From contig CAIIXF020000001.1 in assembly GCA_903813345.2 (NCBI GenBank), positions 16,864,001-16,928,000 of the forward strand: DNA of 64,000 nucleotides. The letters are read 5' to 3'. Source of the DNA: Owenia fusiformis (taxonomy: Eukaryota). Positions 35,248-47,840 of the stretch are shown here, in pieces. Numbering within the stretch: position 1 is the stretch's first letter; each line of letters starts with the position of its first letter. The notes under the pieces are model-generated. The model saw only the letters and a program-made list of their open reading frames with translations. It was not told where the DNA came from and searched no databases. The position numbers were made by a program, and so were the translations under genes.

Positions 35248-36468
35248 TTTTTTATGTCACCACTATATGTGATGAAATATTATTATAGTATTCAACCTTT
35301 TTATCACACCATCGGTGGGATATAGTCGTCATACTGGTCGTGATCGTGGTCGTGGTCGTGATCGTGGTCGTGATCATGATCGTGATCGTCCCGCTTTTTG
35401 TCATCGCCGTTTAAGGAAAACTGCTCATCAGATTTTCTCCAAATTCGCAGAGATGATAGAGCATATGAAGTACTAGAGCTGATTAACTTTTGGGTGGCCA
35501 TCTTGTTTTCTGGCAGCCATTTTGAAGGTTTTTCGAAAAATCTTGTCATCGCCATTTCAGGAAAACCGCTCATTGGATTTCCTTCAAATTTACACAAATG
35601 ATAGAGGATATCAAGTACTAGAGCTGATTAACTTTTGGGCGGCCATCTTGTTTTCTGGCAGCCATTTTGAAGATTTTTTGAAAAATCTTGTCATCGCCAT
35701 TTCAGAAAATCCGCTCATCGGATTTCCTTCAAATTTACACACATGATAGAGGATATCAAGTACTAGAGCTGATTAACTTTTGGGTGGCCATCTTGTTTTC
35801 TGGTGGCCATTTTGAAGGTTTTTCGAAAAATCTTGTCATCGCCATTTCAGGAAAACCGCTCATCGGATTTCCTTCAAATTTACACAAATGATAGAGGATA
35901 TCAAGTCCTAGAGCTGATTAACTTTTGGGCGGCCATCTTATTTTCTGGCAGCCATTTTGAAGCTTTTTCGAAAAATCTTGTCATCGCCATTTCAGAAAAT
36001 CCGCTCATCGGATTTCCTTCAAATTTACACACATGATAGAGGATATCAAGTACTAGAGCTGATTAACTTTTGGGCGGCCATCTTGTTTTCTGGTGGCCAT
36101 TTTGAAGGTTTTTCGAAAAATCTTGTCATCACCATTTCAGGAAAACCGCTCATCGGATTTCCTTCAAATTTACACAAATGATAGAGGATATCAAGTACTA
36201 GAGCTGATTAACTTTTGGTCGGCCATCTTGTTTTCTGGTGGCCATTTTGAAGGTTTTTTGAAAAATCTTGTTTCTTGTTCTTGAAATTTGTAAACATAAT
36301 AGGAGAACAGTTTTCCTGGTTCATAGTGTCTGCCTATTTGATGGTGTGATCTCGTTCACGTCCTGTGCCTTGTTTTATGGTAGCATCTTGTGTTTGGCAG
36401 TTGTTGTTCCGGATTTGGCATCTGTAACAAATGGCAGGTGGTGATATTTTGCATGTTAATGCCTTGTT
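35248..36468 (+). mobile_element. Mini-HINE family D split by the HINE C insertion (halves 35248-35299 and 36375-36468)
   Basis: The two halves join at a T run to rebuild the family D consensus. Confidence 0.7.
35300..36374 (+). mobile_element. HINE family C with (TCGTGR)n microsatellite and six 145-bp tandem units
   Basis: SubTIR ATCACACCATC / GATGGTGTGAT (36340-36350); GATAGAG..ATC/GAAGTACTAGAGC every 145 bp from 35455 to 36180. Confidence 0.82.
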
Positions 36469-36705
36469 TGTCATTTCATTCCAATGGGTGACTTCAAGAT
36501 GGCCATCTTGACTCCTTCACAGATGGATACTGGTAAAAGTGTGAATGTAAAGAAAATCAGAATAATTGTTGGCTGGAAAATGGTGTGAAAGCACAAATTT
36601 GGGTTTTGCATTTTAAACCTTATGTTCATCTTACATCTATAAGTTTTCACTCTAACCCTCATCAGCCATAATATGTGTAGGGAGGTTGAAAATTTGTAAT
36701 CAATT

Positions 36706-37600
36706 AAAAAATGATCATGGTTTTAGTCATAATAATGAATATATCTTCAAATATGATCATGGTTTTAGTCATAATAACAACACTTCTTCAAAAATGATCA
36801 TGATTTTATTTATGATAATGAATATACGTATCTTCAAAAATGATCATGGTTTTAGTCATAATAACAAATATATCTTCAAAAATGATCATGATTTTAGTCA
36901 TAATAATGAATATATCTTCAAAAATGATCATGATTTTAGTCATAATAACAAATATATCTTCAAAAATGATCATGATTTAGTCATGATAATGAACATTTCT
37001 TCAAAAGTGATCATGGTTTTTTAATCATAATAACGAACACTTCTTCAAAAATGATCATGATTTTAGTCATAATAACAAATATATCTTCAAAAATGATCAT
37101 GATTTTAGTCATAATAACAAATATATCTTCAAAAATGATCATGATTTTAGTCATAATAGTGAATATATCTTCAAAAATGCTCATGATTTTAGTCATAATA
37201 ACGAATATATCTTCAAAAATGATCATGATTTTAGTCATAATAACAAATATATCTTCAAAAATGATCATGGTTTTAGTCATAATAACAAATATATCTTCAA
37301 AAATGATCATGATTTTAGTCATAATAATGAATATATCTTCAAAAATGATCATGATTTTAGTCATAATAACAAATATATCTTCAAAAATGATCATGATTTT
37401 AGTCATGATAATGAATATATCTTCAAAAGTGATCATGGTTTCAGTCATAATAACGAACATTTCTTTAAAAAATGATCATGATTTTAATCATAATAACGAA
37501 CATTTCTTCAAAAATGATCATGATTATAGTCATAATAACGAACATTTCTTCAAAAATGATCATGATTTTAATCATAATAAAAACGAACATTTCTTCAACA
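36706..37600. repeat. 42-bp AT-rich minisatellite (~21 units, ATATCTTCAAAAATGATCATGATTTTAGTCATAATAACAAAT)
   Basis: Direct periodicity; yields the 14-aa repeat ORFs. Confidence 0.95.
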
Positions 37601-37992
37601 TCTAGGACTGCATTTTATAATTAAAATTTTTTCCAGGGAAGCATGTTATAGACAGTTGCTATATTTGTTCAGATGATCAGTTACGGAGAATCAGTTGATA
37701 TTTATTTCATGTTAAAGTGATCTATATATTCATTTCATATGATTATTTACATTAAGGTAAACATACAACTGAGAAATCATTAATACATGATATCATTCAT
37801 CAATGTACAATCTCTATAAAATGTTACTTTCAAAACTTTCCTAGTTTTGACTTATGAGTCTTTAGATGACATAGATTATTGTGATAGGGCTAGAAGCGTA
37901 TGAACACAAAACCATTTGTATAATAGTAAATTCCTTAATAGTATTTTGTAGGGGTATGAACAGAGTAAGAGGGTATTTTCTTTATTTCACAG

Positions 37993-38518
37993 GGCCATCA
38001 GAGAAAATTGGAGATCAGAGCTCTGACAGGGTACTTCGACCAATGATACTTACCAAACAACTAGACTTGGAAAATTACAACTACCCACCATATGTGTCCC
38101 CTACGACACCACGCACCAATTTAGCAAAGGAGCTGGACAAATACAACAGGGTACCAAGCCAGCAGTCCGCTTCAGCCAAACTCATGAAATCTGGCTTTCC
38201 TGGCAAAATCAAAGATATTCCCGAAAGACCAAATATTTTGAGTAGAAATAATCGTTCATCATACAAACCGCAGTATCTATATGAGCCTGTAAGAAGCAGC
38301 CCAACATTGGACAGTAACGGGAATGAACCTATTAATCTATCGAAGAAGGAGAATCCAATCCTAGAGTTTGTGAACACTATGAATGGTGGTGGGTCTCAGG
38401 TCAGTGTTGAGAAACGACCTAGTAGTCGACAGGCAGAGCCAATGGATTTCTCAAGCAGCCCTCAACTCTCAGCTGCCACACCCTCACATACCCCCACCCC
38501 GTCAACTACTACGAATAA
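37993..38518 (+). CDS. MYT1L: MYT1-like exon 11, MYT1 motif ([13 protein letters not shown]...[12 protein letters not shown]...PINLSKK...PMDFSS)
   Basis: Conserved family motifs; tttcacag| and AA|GTAAGT. Confidence 0.94.
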
Positions 38519-38627
38519 GTAAGTAACACAGTTACATTGTTACATTTTTGTCAATGCTGAAGCTTCTTTAAACCATATTAGAAACCATATTCTCACATAG
38601 CAGGTGATATCAAATTTTTCAAATTGT

Positions 38628-38768
38628 ACATATTGTCATAATCTCCCAACTTTTTGTGGATGGCCATTGGTGTTCGGTGTTAGATTAGATGTCTATAACA
38701 TGCCATGTGTAATAAATGGTGTCTGTAACAAATGGCAGGTGGTGACATTTTGCAAGCTAGTGCCTTTT
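38628..38768 (+). mobile_element. Mini-HINE family D
   Basis: ATCTCCCAACTTTTT ... TCTGTAACAAATGGCAGGTGGTGACATTTTGCA. Confidence 0.68.
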
Positions 38769-38815
38769 ATTTTGTATTACATTTCATCAGATTTCAACCT
38801 ATTTTATATTTCAAG

Positions 38816-39025
38816 GCAAGATGAACCCTCCCCTAAGCCAATTAAGACTGTCACGCCCTCTGGTGATCCAGCTGTTAAACTAGAGTTCAAAGAATCTATG
38901 AGTTGTCCTACGCCAGGTTGCGATGGATCTGGACATATATCGGGCAACTTTACATCCCATCGAAGTCTCTCCGGGTGCCCCTTGGTGGACCGTACCTATA
39001 TTCAAGGCAGTACTAGTGATCAAAA
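38816..39025 (+). CDS. MYT1L: MYT1-like exon 12 with finger 4 ([26 protein letters not shown])
   Basis: Complete finger; atttcaag| and AA|GTAAGG, phase 2-2. Confidence 0.93.
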
Positions 39026-40236
39026 GTAAGGACTGATACCTCTAGCTACCTATTCGTTGTGGTTGATCTATGTACATTATGTTTATTCTATACCGAGGAG
39101 AGTTTATATATGCACATATGTTTACTCTATACCTTTAGTTTATGTATGTACATATGTTTATTCTATACTTAGGAGAGTTATGTTTATTCTATACTTTTTT
39201 CTATATTTTTGAATGGAATCATCTTCATGTTAGTGTATTTTGGGACATATCTCCATATTCTAGAGAATTTGAAAAGAAATAAGTATAGGATAAACTATGT
39301 ATGTAATGTTCAGGATTGGATATGGGATCTATCCTTCAGTGAATAAAGTCACAATCACTGTGTCCAAAGCCTCTCATTACAGAACATTTATATTTTTTGT
39401 ATTGTTTATATATATAATTTGTTCAAATTTAGTCTGACACGATACAACTGTTGTTTTAGTTCTTAGTTTTTGTTCGTTTTGGAGCTTTTTTGCATGAATA
39501 GTTTCATTTGTACGTTACAATTATCATTTAACAACTCAGAAGTCAAGTTATTACATTAGAAGCAGTCTCATGTATATTTTTTTCAATGCGCTTGTTTCAA
39601 AAATAATTGCAATTTTATTTTGAATATCAACAGAGGGGAGGGAGGAAAACCAAAATGATGTTAATTATATTTTCCTATTGCTGTCTGTTAGACTTCATAT
39701 TGTAACAACAAAAACAAAATGATATCTTAAAGTAGAAAAGAAAATGAATTTTGACATCATTTGACAAACTGTAAGTTAAGTTATCATATCACATATACAA
39801 TATAAGTTACTGTATAACCTTGGCTAAATATAACAATTTCTAAGTATTAATTAAAATAGATATAAGTCTATAAAGATTCAAAAGGGGGACATTCATATTA
39901 ACAAATGCATTTGTACTATAACCTTTTGAGTGTTTTTTTGTAAACATGTATATATTTGGAAAAGTGAAGTACATGATATTAAAAGAAAATAACATGTTCA
40001 AGAACTAATATTTGTAATTACTCTTGAAATATCATGATATCTGTATATCATTTATTGTTGTCATTAGATATTGTAGTAAATAAATAAACATCAAAGCTGT
40101 TATTGAGTTTATTTATGGTAGCATGTATGTAACTACACTTATGTACATACATTTGTAGTACCCATACAGAAGTAAATGCATTGATGTCAAACTAAACCGG
40201 ACTGAGACCAGATTTTAGGCCTTGACTGTTAATTGA

Positions 40237-40384
40237 TTTTTATGTCACCACCACAAGTGCGGACATATTGTTTAAGTCTCCAACTTTTTCATGGTGGCAG
40301 TTGGTGTTCGGGGGTTGGTGACTTGAGTTTGGCATCTGTAACAAATGGCAGAGAATGGTGACATTTTGCATGTTAATGCCTTGT
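40237..40384 (+). mobile_element. Mini-HINE family D
   Basis: Full-length copy with both subTIRs and the 3' hairpin. Confidence 0.72.
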
Positions 40385-41875
40385 CTGAATTTGGTGCCAA
40401 TAAGATCAAGTCTAGTATTTATATAGGCCTTTTACAAGTTCTGCTTTCCTAGTTTGAGTTCACTTTTTTTTTTAATTTATCTTTCATTCTGTTAAATTGT
40501 ATCTTTTCTCCCATTTTCATCATGTTAAGTTTAATTTTCATAGTTCATACATTTAATGTGTTTTATATTTGTGTGGTATGTATCATTTGAAAGCCTGGTA
40601 TTCAGGACTAGATTTGAAGATGGCATAAAATACCTTTTGGGCTAGGTCTTAAATAGCTTATTGTTTGCATGTATTAGAAATTCTTGGGTTTGATTGCTGG
40701 TGCTGGATTAAGGCTTTCTTGTGGAACTATCACACAAGATTTAGACACACCCAGTTACTAAGTTACCCCATTTTAGAATATAAAATATTTTTTAAGCATT
40801 ATCTGCAACTTGTATATATCAGAATTTGAATTTCCATTATAATTCTTTCATGGATATCTCATATTTGAGAAGTTGTTTTGAACCATAAATTCCCCATATT
40901 TATTCCCTTTGTTACACCCATCCCTATTTTGTTGATTATAGAATTTGTGTTACCTTACTATTTTGTGTTTGGTGTTGTGCCAATGCATGCTGCATTAGTT
41001 ACATGGGCTTTCAAATGATACATATCAAATAAGGTAAGATTATTATTATATGTCTCTCACATTTAGCACTCTGTAAAATTGAAAATGCTGTTCAAAATAA
41101 TTTATTTGTTCAGTATACTGCATATTATGTATTTCAATTCACATGTGTGGTACATGGTGCACCTGCCATGTGTCAAGTTATTTCTTTTATTTCAATCAAT
41201 TTCTTGGTTATGTGAAACACAACGTTGTTGATAACACTTCATCAGACACACGTTATATTATGATATAATGTTAAAGCTACACTATGAGCTATGTGTGTTG
41301 ATGAACAGATAAAATCAAAATTTGGATCATCTTATATAGCTTTAATTCCAAAATAATAAATGTTGCTATCTTAATATGTATTTTTGTAAACAATGGACGT
41401 TAAGAGACACTACTGAATATAAAATAGTTTTGGAAAAAAATTCTCTCAGATTCTGCCTTTATATATAACTTTTATTGACATCTTGTATCATAACATGATT
41501 ACATTAGTCCTTTAATATAATAGTAACTAGTATTGCAATATTGCTTTATAAAAAAAACCTACATAAGCTAATATCATTTCCTCCGACAAATTAGTTATCA
41601 TATGTCATATGTATCTATCAATAGCTTGTCATGGCTTGCTAATTTGTGTTTTTCTGTGAATCATATTCAGTAAATTGCATGTTTTTCATTCACCTGTCAC
41701 TGTTCAAATAAAAGGAATGAACCTATTCTTGTGGTCTGAATTCAGGTAGTGTTAATACACTGGGACAATTTTTGATTTTGATTTATAAGTAAAATAGATT
41801 AGAATTTAATCTGATATAGATTTTAAATTCTAGGGATATTAGTCATATATTTCTAATTGTTATTTTCATTTTTAG

Positions 41876-42013
41876 GTGTCCAACGCCAGGTTGCGACGGA
41901 TCGGGACATATCACCGGAAACTATTCCTCGCACAGGAGCCTCTCAGGATGCCCTCGGATTAATAAACCCAAGAAATTGCTTGGCAAGGATGGTGAACCCC
42001 CAGAACCTTTAAG
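41876..42013 (+). CDS. MYT1L: MYT1-like exon 13 with finger 5 ([26 protein letters not shown])
   Basis: Complete finger; ttttag| and AG|GTAAGA. Confidence 0.95.
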
Positions 42014-42402
42014 GTAAGATTAGATAATTCATAATAGTTTAAATTAGTTTGAACAATTTTTTTTAAAAAGTTGATCATTTATAGAATTTCCATCTACAAG
42101 TTTGACTGGAGGATTTATGTGAGTGGCTTTCAACTGAATAGCACTAACGTAATGTGCTGTACGAAAAAATACAATTGATCATCTCTGGTTTATATAAATC
42201 TCTCTAACTAAAATATATCATATAAATTAAATCAAGACTGGGAGAAAAGCTAAATACTACAATAAAAATTGATTTGAGGTTTGATAAAGAAGATATTGTT
42301 TGATATACATAATAGCTGTTCATAAGAACAGAGCGAAAATGTCCATATAAAGTGTAGAGTGCATTACCTTAATGACAATAAATTCCATTCACGCTAACAT
42401 AG

Positions 42403-42465
42403 ATGTCCTGTTCCCGGGTGCGAAGGCATTGGCCATGTGACTGGAAAGTATCTATCTCACCGCAG
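42403..42465 (+). CDS. MYT1L: MYT1-like exon 14, finger 6 N-part (CPVPGCEGIGHVTGKYLSHR)
   Basis: Finger signature; ctaacatag| and AG|GTATAT. Confidence 0.94.
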
Positions 42466-43405
42466 GTATATTATATGACGCAAACATCTTCAAATCGCCA
42501 TTGTTGTCATAGAAATAAATGTTGATTATTTTAGATTTATTTAGTTTGATATGTTGTATAAATGTGTGGGAAATGAAGAAATTATGAATATATCTATGTT
42601 ATGTTTGTTATGATGCCATTTTTTCTCACCGTTTCTCAAATTTTGTTGACATATATGTTTGTTTGTTGTATTGTGAAGTATATGTTCTGTTCTAAAATGA
42701 ACAAAGGATGTTGAACTTTCTTAGATAAGAAACTTTTTTTATTATTTTTTGTTAATAGGCTAGCACAGTGAGACTATGGATTATTGAATTTTTTCATAAG
42801 AAACTTATAAAGTTTACTGTGTGAGCTTAAAGGCCTTGTAGGTCCTTTATTCTTTTCTTTTTATTTATTTAATTGTGGTATATCATGTTTTTGAGTGTTG
42901 ACTCAGGGATGTCTTCTCTTCATCTTAAGGAAGGATGTCACCAAGAGGATTACTGATGGACTCCTAGTTTGTTTGTCTACATTTATGTCTTACCCCCTCT
43001 ATATGTATGTACTGTACCCCCATCTATAGTTACATTTGCACCAATTTACACAACTGTCTGTTTGTCTGTATATTCATTCTCAGCACTATCGGTATATTGG
43101 TTATATATTGAATATATGTATATCAGTGTTTTTTCAGACCCAAGTAGAGTAGAACTTTATTTCTGTTGTATGTGAGCACAATTTTTACCAAGTCCTCATT
43201 AGGCATTGTGGAAATGCTCAAAATATGCAAAATGAGCATACACAGTTTCCCTGAATATTTCATTCTTATTCCTTGTAAAGTTTTATGTGTTAAAATAAAA
43301 TACCATTTTCTTTGTTGAATAAACAGAATTATGTGATAAGAATCTCAATGAGTGGGCGGAGCATCAATCCAACCAGCATAACCCATGCTTTGTGTATATT
43401 TTCAG

Positions 43406-43537
43406 TGCGTCTGGCTGTCCCATTGCCAACAAACACAAAATGGTACGAGCAACCTCAATGACGAATCTCAGCTCAGACTTTTCAAATGAAAATGTCAGCA
43501 TTATATTGAATCGTCCAATCAAGTTTGATGGCCTTGT
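43406..43537 (+). CDS. MYT1L: MYT1-like exon 15: end of finger 6 (ASGCP) plus linker
   Basis: ttttcag| and GT|GTAAGT, phase 2-2. Confidence 0.92.
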
Positions 43538-43780
43538 GTAAGTACACATTAGATATGTACTCCGTGTACTTTTAACATGGATATAAATATATTATTGGTT
43601 GTTTTTTTGATGGTTCATGTTATTTATAATTTTCTATTAAAATGTATGGTGTCAAGTAAAGAATTTTACATTGAATATCGCAATACATGTTGAATCAATA
43701 ACATGTATTGTAGGATCTAGTGTACTTGCAAAAATTATATTTTAAATAAATCATGAGCATTTGTATATAAACCATTGTAG

Positions 43781-43944
43781 TTGTCCGACTCCTGGGTGTG
43801 ATGGTTCGGGACATACGAGTGGAAGTTACCCCAGTCATCGTAGTCTATCATGTTGCCCCAAAGCCTCAGAAGCCTTCATGAAAGCTAGCACAAAGCTACA
43901 AGAGGGAGAGTTAGACTTGGAACATGATCTGCCTGATGCCTCAG
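43781..43944 (+). CDS. MYT1L: MYT1-like exon 16 with finger 7 ([26 protein letters not shown])
   Basis: Complete finger; ttgtag| and G|GTGAGA. Confidence 0.94.
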
Positions 43945-44131
43945 GTGAGAAATCGCACTCTATATTTTCTAAATGGTGTAGCATTACAGGCTTTTCATAT
44001 ATATTGCTAGATTCATATAATACAAGAATCCTTTATCAATTCAATGTTATTGATGGGCCTGTTGTAAAATTTTTGATTTGTTGGAGAGTATAGTAAAATA
44101 CAGTACATCGTTTATGTTTTATGTTATAGCT

Positions 44132-44356
44132 CAGGGCTCTCACCAGGAAATATTTAGGGTGTTGGGAAAAATCTTCAGCATAACTGTTCAATCATGATAA
44201 ATCTTATTTATGTTATATTTTACCTTTTTACATGCTATACATGTATATTCAGTCAAGTGTAGACTGTGGAAACAATCATGATTTGCCATTAGGTTGTAGT
44301 GGGAGGGAAATAGGCTGGTGCTGCGCCACAGTCTTAAAAACCAAGCGTGAGCCCTG
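44132..44356. mobile_element. hAT-like MITE with a 5-bp target duplication
   Basis: TAGCT|CAGGGCTCTCAC ... GTGAGCCCTG|TAGCT. Confidence 0.55.
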
Positions 44357-44548
44357 TAGCTTATTGCCTGTTTGCCTTATCTATATAATAGGGACACCTT
44401 GGGAGTAATGCTAACAGTGTAAATCTGTTTCAGCCTCATTCTGGGATGGATGGAGGGGAACTTTGGTCACAGAATAACTTTGAGAAAATTTATTGTATTT
44501 AGTTCCGTATCATTCCATTGTATAATTTTGTACTCTCCATAATTTCAG

Positions 44549-44937
44549 CATTTAAAAATGATGAAGATTTGAAAGTCCTTGATAGTGAAATAGAGAGACT
44601 CCGACGAGAGAACAACAATATGGAGTCGCAACTGCTCAAACTACGTACAGATATTACCTGGATGGAGAACGAATACTCATCACACAAGATGGCCAATCAG
44701 AAACTCTTTGAACAGAACAATGACCTGGATTCCCATGCGAAGTACATGCGAACCAGTCTCATTCAGTCACTCCAGGGGGTCAGATTACCTGAGTTCAATA
44801 TCCCCCTCTCCGAGGCCAACTTTGACAACTATCTCGCTCAGTTGAAGCGCTTCTGTCTCGATGTTTATCACCGGCCACAGAATAACAACATGTATGGTGC
44901 AGTTAAGCAGGCAATTGCTGATATAAAGGTTGTCTAG
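44549..44937 (+). CDS. MYT1L: MYT1-like last coding exon, C-terminal coiled coil (DEDLKVLDSEIERL...VKQAIADIKVV*)
   Basis: atttcag| acceptor, heptad pattern and C-terminus typical of the family, stop TAG at 44935-44937. Confidence 0.94.
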
Positions 44938-47787
44938 TCGTCGATCAACCGGTGCTTGATTAATATACAAGAAATTTTAATGTACAATGATTCTTGGTAT
45001 AGTAAAAAATGGGTTAGCCACAAGTTGTTAGTATTTTTTGGAATTACTATTTAGATCATATACATTGACAAGTATAGTATTATTACTACATTATATGGCA
45101 GAAAACCATATCAGTAGCCTGTTTTATGATTTTCACGATTTGTGAAATGAAACTGTTGCACACAGATTTACCATATTATGAAAAACAATTTGATTATTTA
45201 TTCTTATTGCAATTCAATGTAGTTGAAAACTATTCTCCATGTTGAGATGAATCTCTTTGTTTGAGAACAGAATTCTCTATGCATGAATATTCATAGAGTT
45301 AGAAGACCCTGGTACCAGTGGTTTATAGAATCTGACTGTAATTTATTGCATAATATGCTAGGATCTGCAATGGTGAATATTTGATATAGTAGTAGTGTTT
45401 CAGATATACTTTGTGTCAAGAGACAAAGTAGAGTGTATGGCTTAAATTAACAATTCAGGGTTGATAACCAAGTTCTGTGTCAATAAAAGTTTGATTATCG
45501 GATTTGTATGTAGAAACCAATATTTCACAGGATATGAATGCAGTGTTATTCAAAAACTTGAATATGGTTGAATTAGGAGACTTTCCCAGAACTTATTGAT
45601 CAACCTTGTACAGAGTGCTATGTCAAGGAAAAGGGTTTGTGCCTTTTATCCCAATGGTGCATGCATTGAAATGTTTTAGTGGGGTCAAGCAGGGAAAAAC
45701 TGAAGTGTAATACAATATTTGTTGCACTTTATCTACAGTTACAAGTATTTATGAATCCAGAAAGTATATTGTAAAATGAACTTATGAGCTAATATTGTAT
45801 GAAAATTTGTATTGTACTGTATTAATTGTACAATATCAATATCATGGCGACTGACAATTTTTCATGGATATTGTTGAATAATGTTATTATATGTTTCATA
45901 TAGATGTTGAATATAGTGAGTAAAATTGTTAAATCAGTCAGTAATATTGCATGGTGGCCAGGTTTTTGATTTTGATTTTTTTTTAATTTTGAAAGCTCCT
46001 TGTATAGATGTCATGTATACAAACATTGGAGATTTTCTCACGAAATCAGAAACAACATAGCAAGTCTTAAGATATCATGGAGGCAAGAAATAAGGAGAAC
46101 TTAGCATAATAATAATATCTAATCATAAGATGTATGAGTTCTGTGTATGCTCCAATGAAGAACATTTAGCTATTGCTGTATTGTAAGTTGGTAAAATAAC
46201 AATCAAACCTTAAACTTTGTCATAAGTCTTGTTTCATTTTTTCAATTAAACTTACAATTAAACTGTCATTATTCACGTCCCATAGCATGTACGAAAACAA
46301 GATGTCTAGTTTGAATTGGTTGATAGGTTTCACAAACCATGACCACCATGTAATATTGCTACCCGTTTGTTATTGCTTAGAGATTTATTAGCAATAGGCA
46401 GCTACAGGGTGCGCCAAAAATGTTGTGTACTGATCAGGTCAAAATTTAATCCTGGATTTGGGTAAAAGCTGAAAAAATGAGCTCGGACCAAGTCTTTATC
46501 TAACTTGTCAATGACTGACATTTATTCCACACCCTCTAGAGTTGTATTTTAGTTAGAATGATGTCCTGCACATACAAAGAAGGGATTGAAACGTAATAAA
46601 ACTTGATATACGCATATGTACAATGGTCATCTAAGGTGAACCCAGTGGCATGAATTTTGTATTTGATGTCAGTATATGTGTCTAGGATTCATGTAATAAT
46701 TATCTGCGTACCTTAAAATATCAAGTAAATGATGTGGATTTTGCCTGGTATAAATCCCAAAAATTTTAATCGCATATCATACACAGTATCTTTCCTAAAC
46801 ACTTGTTATTATTGTTATTGTCAAAATCATGTGCTAAATATTTATTTGTAAATTGTAGTGTAGAATCTAGTTAGTATTTATTTGCCTATCATGGGCTAAG
46901 AGACCTTTGTTATGAGATGTATTATTTTGTGCAATATTTATTAATCTATGTATGTTTCTTCTCACTAGTTTGTAAACACTCTTAAGGTGGGCATGGTCAG
47001 GCAATTTTTGGATGAATGAAAATACTATTGGTACATGTCTATTTCTGATTTGATGGGTACACTTATTCTACCAAAATATTCTTCAGTTTGAAAATTCTTA
47101 AATCAATTGTCTTTACTATGGAAATCATGATGTCATAATTAGAGAACAATAGACTTTTGAATTCTTAACTTGACAAACTTCTGATAATTTATTACATACT
47201 GTCTACCTTAATGTTTGATCATGACAGACTCACGGTGCTTTATTTTTCAAGTAAGTGAAATAACTAAATGCCCCAAATACCATGCAGAAATGAACTTAAA
47301 GGTTTTTGATACTAAGTATAGCCTTTCCCTATGTCACCACCCTGTCCTGTTTGGTGATAAGGGGTCGAAGACTTGGGGCAACACTTAAGATATTCATGTT
47401 TGGTGATCTCAAATTGCCAGCCCTATTTAAATTGATAAATGAACATGCTTACTTGGAGAAAGAGATCTAGATCTGACAAGATTGCCATGAAAATGTACTT
47501 TGAATTAATTTAAAGCAGCTAATACAGATTATGAAATAAAAAAAATGAGTAGAAAATATGACTGGTGCATGTACATTGCATAGAACTGGCTGAATTTTTG
47601 AAGAATTTATAGTTGTGGATTTAACTTCTCAAAAAGTTATGTATTCAAATTAAATCGAGTGTGAAACACATGGATTAGAAATACAATCATTGCTTTTTTA
47701 TTTTCAATATAAGGTAAATTGGAGTATATAATTGACATAATGTTATATCAAGATAGCATTGTAATTAATGTTGTCCAATATGGTGGA

Positions 47788-47793
47788 AATAAA
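47788..47793 (+). terminator. Candidate distal polyadenylation signal of the MYT1-like gene
   Basis: AATAAA followed by a T-rich tract at the point where strand composition flips; proximal AATAAA also near 45482, 46594 and 47535. Confidence 0.4.
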
Positions 47794-47834
47794 TGTGCTC
47801 AATGTAAATGAAACCTCTTTGTTTTCAATCATAA

Positions 47835-47840
47835 TTTATT
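47835..47840 (-). terminator. Candidate distal polyadenylation signal of PCMTD
   Basis: TTTATT (AATAAA on -) at the composition switch; proximal candidates near 51331 and 51385. Confidence 0.35.

Larger units (their letters stand above)
4018..44937 (+). other. MYT1L: Whole gene span (ATG to stop) of a myelin transcription factor 1-like (MYT1/MYT1L/ST18 family) C2HC zinc-finger protein, 17 coding exons, ~1796 aa
   Basis: Seven [30 protein letters not shown] fingers (1+2+4), [13 protein letters not shown] motif, C-terminal coiled coil; exon lengths sum to 5391 nt (divisible by 3) with GT-AG introns and matching phases. Likely pro-orthologue of the three vertebrate paralogues, so the symbol is approximate. 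Confidence 0.93.

Noticed and set aside
36686-37605. Hydrophobic repeat ORFs (MIMILVIITNISSK)n on both strands
   Set aside because: Translation of a 42-bp AT-rich minisatellite.
39692-39770. AG...GTAAGT-bounded candidate exon
   Set aside because: In-frame TGA in the required phase, A-rich non-coding composition, no supporting motifs.
42896-42967. TCAGGGATGTC / GAAGGATGTC resembling an alternative SGCP finger-end exon
   Set aside because: No frame gives a proper finger end with usable splice sites; the true exon is 43406-43537.
45639-46936. miR-124 (GTGCCTT, 45639) and miR-92 (GTGCAATA, 46929) seed matches in the Myt1 3' UTR
   Set aside because: Single matches in ~3 kb are near chance level without conservation data.
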